From NCBI GenBank assembly GCA_943325655.2, contig CALPQG020000001.1:1-29105 (forward strand): a stretch of 29,105 nucleotides of DNA, read 5' to 3'. This DNA comes from Bifidobacterium breve. GTDB lineage: Bacteria; Bacteroidota; Bacteroidia; Cytophagales; UBA9547. This document shows positions 17,345-24,693 of the stretch, piece by piece (the stretch's first letter is position 1; the number at the start of each line of letters is the position of its first letter). The notes beneath the pieces are model-generated. The model was not told the DNA's origin. It worked only from the letters and a program-made list of their open reading frames with translations, and ran no database searches. A program made the position numbers and the translations under genes.

Positions 17345-17731
17345 ATGAAAAAACTATTCCTCTTCCTTACCGCAATTGCCTTATTTTCTTGTGATCCTGC
17401 CATGGAAAGTAGCCTGGAAAGTAGCAATACGAGCGACAAAGATTCTTCCATAATTGATGCGCCATTGGTGATGGATAACATTCCGGTGGTCACAGAAATA
17501 TACCCAAATCCTTGTCAGGAAATTTTGAATGTCAAAAAAGGAAAAGAAGCCATGGTATTGTATTATATCTATTCCCCAGACAGAAAAACAATGGTTGCGG
17601 GTACGCTCGACAGGTTTACCAATACCATTAACATGTCTAAAGTCGCTCAGGGAGAATACATTATCCGGTTCATGGATTCAACCAGCACCAAAGAAGCGGA
17701 GTTTACACTTAAAGTTAATGGGGAGATTTAG
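17345..17731 (+). CDS. Small lipoprotein consisting mainly of a T9SS type A CTD-like domain
   Basis: Lipobox MKKLFLFLTAIALFS-C; Ser-rich linker; EIYPNPCQEILNV...INMSKVAQGEYIIRF. Confidence 0.8.
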   Translation: MKKLFLFLTAIALFSCDPAMESSLESSNTSDKDSSIIDAPLVMDNIPVVTEIYPNPCQEILNVKKGKEAMVLYYIYSPDRKTMVAGTLDRFTNTINMSKVAQGEYIIRFMDSTSTKEAEFTLKVNGEI

Positions 17732-17903
17732 TGTCTATGGGTTTCCCACGGGTACCTGCTTAATCTTGGTATAAAATACAATTGCAAAATATTTATTCTT
17801 TAGCTTTTTCATTATGGTCTTAATTTTCTTGGCTCCAGATGATATACATTTGTATGATACCTATTTTTAAGATACTATGGTTCTTGATTTTAATTATTAT
17901 TGG

Positions 17904-17946
17904 TCCCGATATTCTCGGGATTCGGAACCGTGCTTTCGCAATGCAC
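17904..17946. repeat. REP-like twin-hairpin element, copy 2
   Basis: TCCCGATATTCTCGGGA identical to 8-24, followed by GTGC-TTTCGCAAT-GCAC hairpin. Confidence 0.55.
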
Positions 17947-18049
17947 CCTTTACATTTTATCAAGCTTTTTCTGTTTCTAGTTTAAATTAAGAAAGTAGCA
18001 ATCGGCTATTCGTCGGACTTCATCATTATCGCAAAATAAAAAAATAGCA

Positions 18050-18071
18050 GCTATTTCAAATTTGAAATAGC
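18050..18071. other. Perfect 22-bp palindrome (terminator or operator)
   Basis: GCTATTTCAAATTTGAAATAGC is self-complementary; an A-tract lies 5' on the + strand. Confidence 0.6.
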
Positions 18072-18114
18072 ATTTCACCTAGAACCGAAGGCATTCAATC
18101 TGTTACAATTTTCT

Positions 18115-18178
18115 TTTGGATAGGATTAAAATTTAAGCCAGCATGATTCGTCTATGTCTAGGTTAAAGTCCTAACAAA
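18115..18178 (+). other. Structured hairpin RNA candidate upstream of the ZIP gene
   Basis: TTTG/CAAA, TAGGATT/AGTCCTA, TTAA/TTAA, CC/GG, AG/CT, GCAT/ATGT, GA-TTCG-TC nested stems. Confidence 0.4.
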
Positions 18179-18233
18179 CCATTCACTACTTTTCAATTCA
18201 AACTTTAGTGTTGCTTTATATTTTTTCATATCT

Positions 18234-18248
18234 TGCAACCTTATTGCA
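18234..18248. promoter_or_regulatory. Operator-like palindrome TGCAA-N5-TTGCA (possible Zur/Fur-family box)
   Basis: Inverted repeat 28 nt upstream of the ZIP ATG at 18277. Confidence 0.45.
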
Positions 18249-18276
18249 CAAATTAGATTTAATAGCCCAACAACAC

Positions 18277-19014
18277 ATGTTCTTAAACATCCTCTTACTT
18301 TTTATTACCGCATTTGGAGCAGGAATCGCTGTTTTTTTAATTCCTGAACTCAATAAAGAAAAATTCAAAGCCATCCTTTCATTCAGTGGTGCGTATTTAT
18401 TTTCCATTACGGTAATTCATATTTTACCCGAATTGTTTCATGAAAGCAGCAATCCTATCCAAGCGGGGATATTTGTACTCATGGGATTCTTCCTGCAAAT
18501 GATGCTGGAATATTTCACTTCAGGAGTTGAACACGGACACATACACCACAGCCATGAAACCACTGCAATACCCTATTTATTATTGGTTTCTTTGGGAATT
18601 CACTCTTTTCTTGAAGGGACTTTATTGGTTCATCCTTCCTCTGTGCATGGCGGCGAAGGGGCAACAACCTTGATGTTTGGACTCATCATGCACAAAATGC
18701 CTGAAGCTTTTGCGCTAATGTCTGTACTGGTTTTGCAGATGAAAAATAAAACTTTGGCCATTGGCTTATTGGTTTTGTTTGCACTTACTTCTCCTATGGG
18801 AATGATGATGAGCAATGCCTTATTCAACATGAACCTGATTACCAAAGACGTATTTGGGATTTTATTCGCCTTGGTGGCGGGTAATTTCTTACACATTTCC
18901 ACCACCATATTTTTTGAAAGCAGCCCTGAACATAAGTTCAAAGCGCAAAAATTATTACTCTCTGTTTCAGGTGCCGGCATGGCAATTTTGGCAGAGTATT
19001 TTATGGGACACTAA
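18277..19014 (+). CDS. ZIP family metal (Zn) transporter
   Basis: Multiple TM helices; HILPELF, His loop HGHIHHSH, HSFLEG, HKMPEAFAL. ATG at 18277 preferred over the track's GTG at 18208. Confidence 0.92.
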   Translation: MFLNILLLFITAFGAGIAVFLIPELNKEKFKAILSFSGAYLFSITVIHILPELFHESSNPIQAGIFVLMGFFLQMMLEYFTSGVEHGHIHHSHETTAIPYLLLVSLGIHSFLEGTLLVHPSSVHGGEGATTLMFGLIMHKMPEAFALMSVLVLQMKNKTLAIGLLVLFALTSPMGMMMSNALFNMNLITKDVFGILFALVAGNFLHISTTIFFESSPEHKFKAQKLLLSVSGAGMAILAEYFMGH

Positions 19015-19020
19015 ATTTAG

Positions 19021-19048
19021 TGTTGAGTTATGGGTGTTGAGTTTTGAG
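19021..19048 (+). repeat. Four degenerate heptamers after the ZIP stop codon
   Basis: TGTTGAG TTATGGG TGTTGAG TTTTGAG. Confidence 0.55.
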
Positions 19049-19063
19049 TAAAAAAACGTTGCC

Positions 19064-20623
19064 TTATAACGGTATGTTCCCGTGTTTTTTTCTTGGTAAA
19101 TTGGCGACTTTATTTTCCAGCATTTTGAAAGCGGTAATCAATTTTGAACGGGTTTCGTTGGGTGCTATCACTTCATCCACATAACCCATAGAGGCTGCGA
19201 GGTAAGGATTTGCAAATTTGTTGGTGTATTCGTCAATTTTTTCTTCTAGGCGTTGCGCTGGATCATTGGCTTCAGCAATTTCTTTTTTGAAAATAATTTC
19301 AGCGGCTCCTTTTGCGCCCATCACTGCGATTTCGGCGGTTGGCCAGGCAAAATTCATATCGGCACCTATGTGTTTGGAATTCATTACATCATACGCACCT
19401 CCATAAGCTTTTCGGGTAATTACCGTGATTCTTGGTACTGTGGCTTCACTAAAAGCATACAACAATTTGGCCCCATTGGTAATAATTCCTCTCCATTCCT
19501 GGTCCGTGCCTGGCATAAAACCGGGTACATCTTCCAGTACCAATAAGGGAATATTAAAACAATCGCAAAAACGAATAAACCTGGCGGCTTTGGTGCTGGC
19601 ATTGATGTCAAGTACTCCAGCCATCACCGAAGGTTGGTTGCCGACAATGCCAATACTTCTTCCTGCCAAACGGGCAAATCCAACCACGATATTACAGGCA
19701 AAGTTTTCATGTACTTCCATGAAAGAATCCTGGTCACAAATTTCATGCACCACCTCACGCATGTCGTACGGTTGGTTGGGGTTTTCAGGAATTACGAGGT
19801 CAAGCTTGGGTCTAAGTTCTGAACCGTTGGAGTTTTCATAAAATACATTTGGGGCTTTGTCTTCGCAGTTTTGAGGAATATAACTTAACAGTTTTTTGAT
19901 ATTCGTAATGCATTCAATTTCATTGGCATAAGCAAAATGCGTCACTCCACTTTTAGAAGCATGTGTACTTGCTCCACCCAATTCTTCGGCACTTACCTGT
20001 TCGTGCGTTACCGTTTTTACCACGTTTGGTCCTGTCACAAACATGTAAGACGTATTTTCTACCATCATAATAAAGTCTGTAATGGCGGGAGAATAAACTG
20101 CTCCACCAGCACAAGGACCCATAATGGCTGAAAGTTGAGGAATAACCCCAGAAGCCAAAGTGTTTCTGTAAAAAATATCCGCATAGCCTCCTAAAGAAAC
20201 CACGCCTTCCTGAATTCTTGCGCCACCTGAATCATTTAAACCAATAATTGGCATCCCATTTTGCATGGCCAGGTCCATGATACGGCAAATCTTTTTGGCA
20301 TGCGCTTCCGACAAGGCACCACCGAAAATGGTAAAATCCTGGGCATAGACATATACCGAACGTCCATGAATGGTTCCATAACCTGTAATGACCCCATCGC
20401 CCAAATACTTTTCATGCTCCAAACCAAAATCATAACAGCGGTGTGTTACAAACTTTCCAATTTCTTCAAATGTTCCTTCATCTATCAATAAGTGAATGCG
20501 TTCACGGGCAGTCAGTTTGCCTTTTGCATGTTGAGCTTCGATTCTATTTGCTCCACCGGCAAGTTCGGCTTCCTGGTGAAGGGCATGTAAATGCGCCAGT
20601 TTTTCTTTGTTGGATGATGACAT
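19064..20623 (-). CDS. pccB: Acyl-CoA (propionyl/methylmalonyl-CoA) carboxylase, carboxyltransferase beta subunit
   Basis: GKLTARERI, GDGVITG, QDFTIFGG, DSGGARIQEG, GPCAGGAVYSPA, DVPGFMPG, RKAYGGAY, KKHGNIPL. Confidence 0.93.
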   Translation of the reverse strand: MSSSNKEKLAHLHALHQEAELAGGANRIEAQHAKGKLTARERIHLLIDEGTFEEIGKFVTHRCYDFGLEHEKYLGDGVITGYGTIHGRSVYVYAQDFTIFGGALSEAHAKKICRIMDLAMQNGMPIIGLNDSGGARIQEGVVSLGGYADIFYRNTLASGVIPQLSAIMGPCAGGAVYSPAITDFIMMVENTSYMFVTGPNVVKTVTHEQVSAEELGGASTHASKSGVTHFAYANEIECITNIKKLLSYIPQNCEDKAPNVFYENSNGSELRPKLDLVIPENPNQPYDMREVVHEICDQDSFMEVHENFACNIVVGFARLAGRSIGIVGNQPSVMAGVLDINASTKAARFIRFCDCFNIPLLVLEDVPGFMPGTDQEWRGIITNGAKLLYAFSEATVPRITVITRKAYGGAYDVMNSKHIGADMNFAWPTAEIAVMGAKGAAEIIFKKEIAEANDPAQRLEEKIDEYTNKFANPYLAASMGYVDEVIAPNETRSKLITAFKMLENKVANLPRKKHGNIPL

Positions 20624-20804
20624 GGTATAAAAATTTAACCTCCTGCTGGTACGTGAATAATTTGGATGAAGTTATGAAGAAGGGACATAAAACAAAGTGA
20701 TATGCAAAATAAATAATGTTGGAATGGAATGAAGGAGTATTCAAAAAAATAGTTCTAAATAAAATACTATGGGTAAGTATAATACAGATGTTGATATTTG
20801 TGAT

Positions 20805-20923
20805 TTTGCGATAGGGATAGAGGCATTGTTTGAGTTCTTTTTCCTTGTTGTCTTCAGTAATAAGTAAACACTAAAGTTTGATAACAAGGAAAAAAACGAG
20901 TGCCGATAGCCCGGGAATCGCCC
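20805..20923 (+). ncRNA. Flavo-1-like repeated structured RNA element, copy 1
   Basis: TAGGGATAGAGGCATTGTTTGAG...stem/loop...CGAGTGCCGATAGCCCG; shared with 23473-23598 with compensatory changes. Flavo-1 name is from recollection, not a covariance search. Confidence 0.6.
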
Positions 20924-21118
20924 TAAAAATCCTATAAATAATTTTTAGGGCTAATGATATTTTTTAATGAACCTTAAAAAACACTATACTTTAGTTTGAT
21001 ACTTTTGATATTATCAAATTAAGGTAACCCACAATAAATCATCTAGAGCCAAAAAATATAAAACACCTAACCTCTTAAGTTTTACAAAAAAACATTAGTT
21101 AGTCACACACAGAATATT

Positions 21119-21126
21119 TATTTTTG
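21119..21126 (+). promoter_or_regulatory. Putative -7 promoter element (TATTTTTG-C) for aspC
   Basis: TAnnTTTG 26 nt upstream of the ATG at 21153. Confidence 0.5.
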
Positions 21127-21152
21127 CTGGGTTAAATAAAAATCATATCCTA

Positions 21153-22364
21153 ATGAGTACTTCAACACTTACTGACAATCTTTCTGACAGAATTAATGCA
21201 CTTGCAGAATCGGCCACTATTGGTATGGCCAAAAAAGCTCGTGAACTTGGCGCACAAGGTATTAGTGTAATCAACTTAAGCTTTGGAGAACCTGATTTTC
21301 AAACGCCTCAATACATTAAAGACGCGGCGAAGAAGGCTATTGATGATGGATTTACTTTCTATACTCCGGTACCAGGTATTCCTGACCTTAGAAAATCAAT
21401 TGTTGATAAATTAAAAAAAGACAACAAACTAGACTATAAACCAGAAAACATTGTCGTATCCACAGGTGCGAAACAATCGATTGCCAACGCTTTATTGTGT
21501 TTGGTAAATCCTGGAGATGAAGTAATTGTATATGCACCTTACTGGGTAAGTTACTCTGAATTGGTAACTTTGGCTGGTGGTGTTTCTGTATTGATTGATG
21601 GTGGTATTGAAAATGATTTCAAAGCAACAATTGAACAATTGAAAGCGGCCATTACGCCTAAAACAAAAGTAATCATGTTCTCTTCTCCTTGTAACCCAAC
21701 CGGTTCTGTATTTACAGCACAGGAGTTGAGTGACATTGCAGATGTAGTGGCAGCAAACGAAAACATATTTGTGATTGCCGATGAAATTTATGAATACATC
21801 AATTTTGGTGAAAAACATGTTTCTATCGCCTCATTCCCTAAAATTAAAGAAAGAGTAGTAACGGTAAACGGATACTCTAAAGGTTTCGCAATGACTGGCT
21901 GGAGAGTTGGTTACATGGCTGCTGAAAAATACATCGCTGACGCTTGTGATAAATTACAAGGTCAGGTGACTTCAGGTACTTGTTCTATTGCTCAAAAAGC
22001 AGCAGTAGTCGCTTATTCTGATTTAACGGAAACCTACAAAATGACAGAAGCTTTCTTGAGAAGAAGAAACTTGTGTTATGATTTGTTGAAAGATATTCCA
22101 GGGGTGAAAGTTAATTTACCTAAAGGAGCGTTCTATTTCTTTATAGACATTAGCTCATTCTTCGGTAAAAAAGACGAAGCTGGTAATGTAATCAACACGG
22201 CAGAAGAATTGTCAATGGTGATTTTGAATGATGCCCATGTGTCAACTGTAACAGGTGAAGCTTTTGGTGCTGACAAATATATCCGTATGTCATTCGCTGC
22301 TTCAGATGAAAACCTGATCAAAGCATTGACCAATATCAAAGCTACTTTAGCTAAATTGAAATAA
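21153..22364 (+). CDS. aspC: PLP-dependent aminotransferase class I/II (aspartate aminotransferase-like)
   Basis: LSFGEPDF, GAKQS, PCNPTG, ADEIY, SKGFAMTGWRVG (PLP Lys), YIRMSFA. Confidence 0.9.
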   Translation: MSTSTLTDNLSDRINALAESATIGMAKKARELGAQGISVINLSFGEPDFQTPQYIKDAAKKAIDDGFTFYTPVPGIPDLRKSIVDKLKKDNKLDYKPENIVVSTGAKQSIANALLCLVNPGDEVIVYAPYWVSYSELVTLAGGVSVLIDGGIENDFKATIEQLKAAITPKTKVIMFSSPCNPTGSVFTAQELSDIADVVAANENIFVIADEIYEYINFGEKHVSIASFPKIKERVVTVNGYSKGFAMTGWRVGYMAAEKYIADACDKLQGQVTSGTCSIAQKAAVVAYSDLTETYKMTEAFLRRRNLCYDLLKDIPGVKVNLPKGAFYFFIDISSFFGKKDEAGNVINTAEELSMVILNDAHVSTVTGEAFGADKYIRMSFAASDENLIKALTNIKATLAKLK

Positions 22365-22365
22365 T

Positions 22366-22464
22366 TGTTTTTAGTTTTCAAGTTATCGGGTTTTCAGTTT
22401 TCAAGTTTGAATTGATGACTAAAAACCCGATAACCGATAACTTGATAACCGATAACTAAAAACA
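22366..22464 (+). repeat. Intergenic inverted repeat built from ~7-nt units
   Basis: TGTTTTTAGTT/AACTAAAAACA and GTTATCGGGTTTTCAGT/ACTAAAAACCCGATAAC arms; tandem CCGATAA units. Confidence 0.8.
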
Positions 22465-23448
22465 ATGTTCGATCAACTATTTGAAAACTTTGCCAAGCAA
22501 CATGTACTCATCATTGGTGATGTCATGATAGATTCTTATTTGTGGGGAAAGGTGGATCGTATTTCACCTGAAGCACCGGTTCCGGTACTTAACCTGCAAA
22601 AAAGAGAACAACGTTTGGGCGGAGCCGCTAATGTAGCCTTGAATGTTCAGGCATTAGGAGCCACTCCTGTACTTTGTGCCGTGATTGGTAAAGATGCGGA
22701 AGGAGATCAATTGCTTAAATTATTGGAACAAAACAACCTGAGTACCGCCGGAATTATCCAATCTGAACACAGGGTAACCACCATCAAGCACAGGATCATT
22801 GCAGCGTCTCAACACGTTTTAAGAGTTGATGCAGAGATTGATACAGAGATTTCTACAGAAGAAAGAAATTTACTTTTAGTCAAAATAAAAACACTTTTAA
22901 AAGATACCAACGTAGTTATTTTTGAAGATTACGACAAAGGCGTTATAGGCGAAACCTTGATTGCTGAAACGGTAAAACTGACCAAAGCACTGGGCATACC
23001 AACCGTAGTAGATCCCAAAAAACGCAACTTCATGCATTACCATGGCGTGAGTTTATTTAAACCCAATTTGAAAGAATTGAAGGAAGGTTTGAAAGCTGAT
23101 TTCAAAGGAATATTGTTAGAGGATGTGAGCAATGCGGTGGCAGAATTGAAAACCAAACTGCATTTAGAAGGAGCCTTGATTACGCTTTCTGAACATGGCG
23201 TTTACATTGATGCGAACAACGAACAAGTACAAATCCCGGCACACAAACGCGAAATTGCAGACGTGTCCGGCGCTGGAGATACAGTAGTTAGTGTAGCTGC
23301 ATTATGTGTTGCGCTCAACCTCAAACCAGCTATGACAGCAGCTTTGTCTAACCTCGCAGGAGGAATTGTTTGCGAACACGTAGGCGTAGTTCCGATAGAC
23401 AAAGAAGTATTAAAAAGTGAAGCCATCAGGTTGTTGAGTAAGGTGTAG
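22465..23448 (+). CDS. rfaE: D-glycero-beta-D-manno-heptose-7-phosphate kinase (RfaE/HldE domain I, PfkB family)
   Basis: GDVMIDSYLWGKVDRISPEAPVP, LGGAANVA, VDPK, FKPN, DVSGAGDT. Confidence 0.9.
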   Translation: MFDQLFENFAKQHVLIIGDVMIDSYLWGKVDRISPEAPVPVLNLQKREQRLGGAANVALNVQALGATPVLCAVIGKDAEGDQLLKLLEQNNLSTAGIIQSEHRVTTIKHRIIAASQHVLRVDAEIDTEISTEERNLLLVKIKTLLKDTNVVIFEDYDKGVIGETLIAETVKLTKALGIPTVVDPKKRNFMHYHGVSLFKPNLKELKEGLKADFKGILLEDVSNAVAELKTKLHLEGALITLSEHGVYIDANNEQVQIPAHKREIADVSGAGDTVVSVAALCVALNLKPAMTAALSNLAGGIVCEHVGVVPIDKEVLKSEAIRLLSKV

Positions 23449-23472
23449 ATTGTAAAAATTAGATTCGTTAGC

Positions 23473-23598
23473 TTTGCGTTAGGGATAGAGGCATTGTTTG
23501 AGCTCTTTTCCCTTGTTGTATAAAGATAGAAAATGCTTCAAATTTCAATAACAAGGGGAAAAGCGAGTGCCGATAGCCCGACCCGAAGGGAAACGCCC
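23473..23598 (+). ncRNA. Flavo-1-like repeated structured RNA element, copy 2
   Basis: Same arms as 20805-20923 plus a 3' ACCCGAAGGGAAACGCCC tail. Confidence 0.62.
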
Positions 23599-23682
23599 AT
23601 ATTATTCAATCTTTACTTTTCAATTGAATTTCTTCCCAATAAATCTATATATTAATATTATTTAATCCACTTAGAAACAAAA

Positions 23683-24186
23683 ATGATAATCTACCTCATA
23701 GGCATGATGGGTGCTGGGAAAAGCACTTTCGGAAAACAACTGGCCACTTATTTGAATTTCCCTTTTGTTGATTTGGATGAAGCCATTGTACAACATGAAG
23801 GAAAAACCATTGCGCAATTGTTTGAAACTTTAGGAGAAAATGGTTTTAGGTTAATAGAACAAAAAGTGTTACAAATAGAAAGTAATACCACTACCAATAA
23901 AATTATTGCTACCGGTGGAGGAACACCCTGTTTTTTTGACAACATGGCTTATATGAATACAACAGGTTGTACCCTATTTTTAAACATTGCTGCTGCTGAA
24001 ATCGCCAACCGTTTGTGCAAAGCCAACAACCAACACCGTCCCTTATTGAAAGACAAATCAAAAGAAGAAATTCAGGAATTTATTACGCAAAAATTAGCCG
24101 AGAGAATTTCCTTTTATGAAGAAGCCCAGGTTGAAATCATGGATCCTACCATGGATTTGGGGTTATTGAAAGGGGTTATTTTGTAA
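23683..24186 (+). CDS. aroK: Shikimate kinase
   Basis: GMMGAGKST P-loop, DLD, FRLIE, IATGGGTPC, RPLL, ERISFY. Confidence 0.95.
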   Translation: MIIYLIGMMGAGKSTFGKQLATYLNFPFVDLDEAIVQHEGKTIAQLFETLGENGFRLIEQKVLQIESNTTTNKIIATGGGTPCFFDNMAYMNTTGCTLFLNIAAAEIANRLCKANNQHRPLLKDKSKEEIQEFITQKLAERISFYEEAQVEIMDPTMDLGLLKGVIL

Positions 24187-24222
24187 GTTTCAGGCTACTT
24201 ACATTTAATCTTAAACTATTGG

Positions 24223-24306
24223 TGTTTTTAGTTTTCAAGTTATCGGGTTTTCAGTTTTCAAGTTTGAACCGATAACTAAAAACAATGTTCGATCAACTAT
24301 TTGAAA
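24223..24306 (+). repeat. Direct duplication of the aspC-rfaE intergenic region and first 22 nt of rfaE, with a 37-nt internal deletion
   Basis: 24223-24268 = 22366-22411 (46 nt) and 24269-24306 = 22449-22486 (38 nt), both exact. Confidence 0.92.
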
Positions 24307-24348
24307 GCTCCTCTCAAGCCTGAAGACTTTAATCATGCTAGGACCAAG

Positions 24349-24371
24349 TCTTCGCAAAAGCTCAAGACTTG
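24349..24371 (+). repeat. Left arm of the inverted repeat flanking the nucleotidyltransferase cassette
   Basis: TCTTCGCAAAAGCTCAAGACTTG; 21/23 identical to the reverse complement of 25245-25267. Confidence 0.8.
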
Positions 24372-24501
24372 ATCCAGTGAAGGGGGACAATAAAAGAATT
24401 GTTTCTCTGAAAAAATTGAGTTAATCGTATAATTTTAAGAATTCATATTTTTATAGTGGAACTGGTTAAAAATGTATATTTTTGTTATAAATGCATTCAC
24501 T

Positions 24502-24693
24502 ATGGATAAAACATTTTTCAAAATGCAAACTTTCAAAGATGCAGATATTCAAAAAAAATATTGGCAATCTAAAACCTTTGATGAAAGGTTATCTGCTGCT
24601 ATGGAGATGGTAAAAGTTTCTTATAGTCAACATGTTACACCTAGTGTTTCAATGGATAAATCTCTTACAAAAATGAGATTAAGAAATGGGTAA
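24502..24693 (+). CDS. Small hypothetical protein (63 aa), putative partner of the downstream nucleotidyltransferase
   Basis: MDKTFFKMQTFKDAD..KYWQSKTFDERLSAA; overlaps the next gene by 8 nt. Start at 24502 preferred; the track's start at 24472 is possible. Confidence 0.75.
   Translation: MDKTFFKMQTFKDADIQKKYWQSKTFDERLSAAMEMVKVSYSQHVTPSVSMDKSLTKMRLRNG

Noticed and set aside
18208-18276. N-terminal GTG extension of the ZIP ORF (also the TTG extensions at 5495 and 11058)
   Set aside because: Downstream ATGs give proper signal or TM starts; the ZIP extension overlaps an operator-like palindrome
20443-20744. ORFs 20443..20700 and 20544..20744 extending into the pccB upstream region
   Set aside because: They overlap pccB in other frames and have no protein-like features
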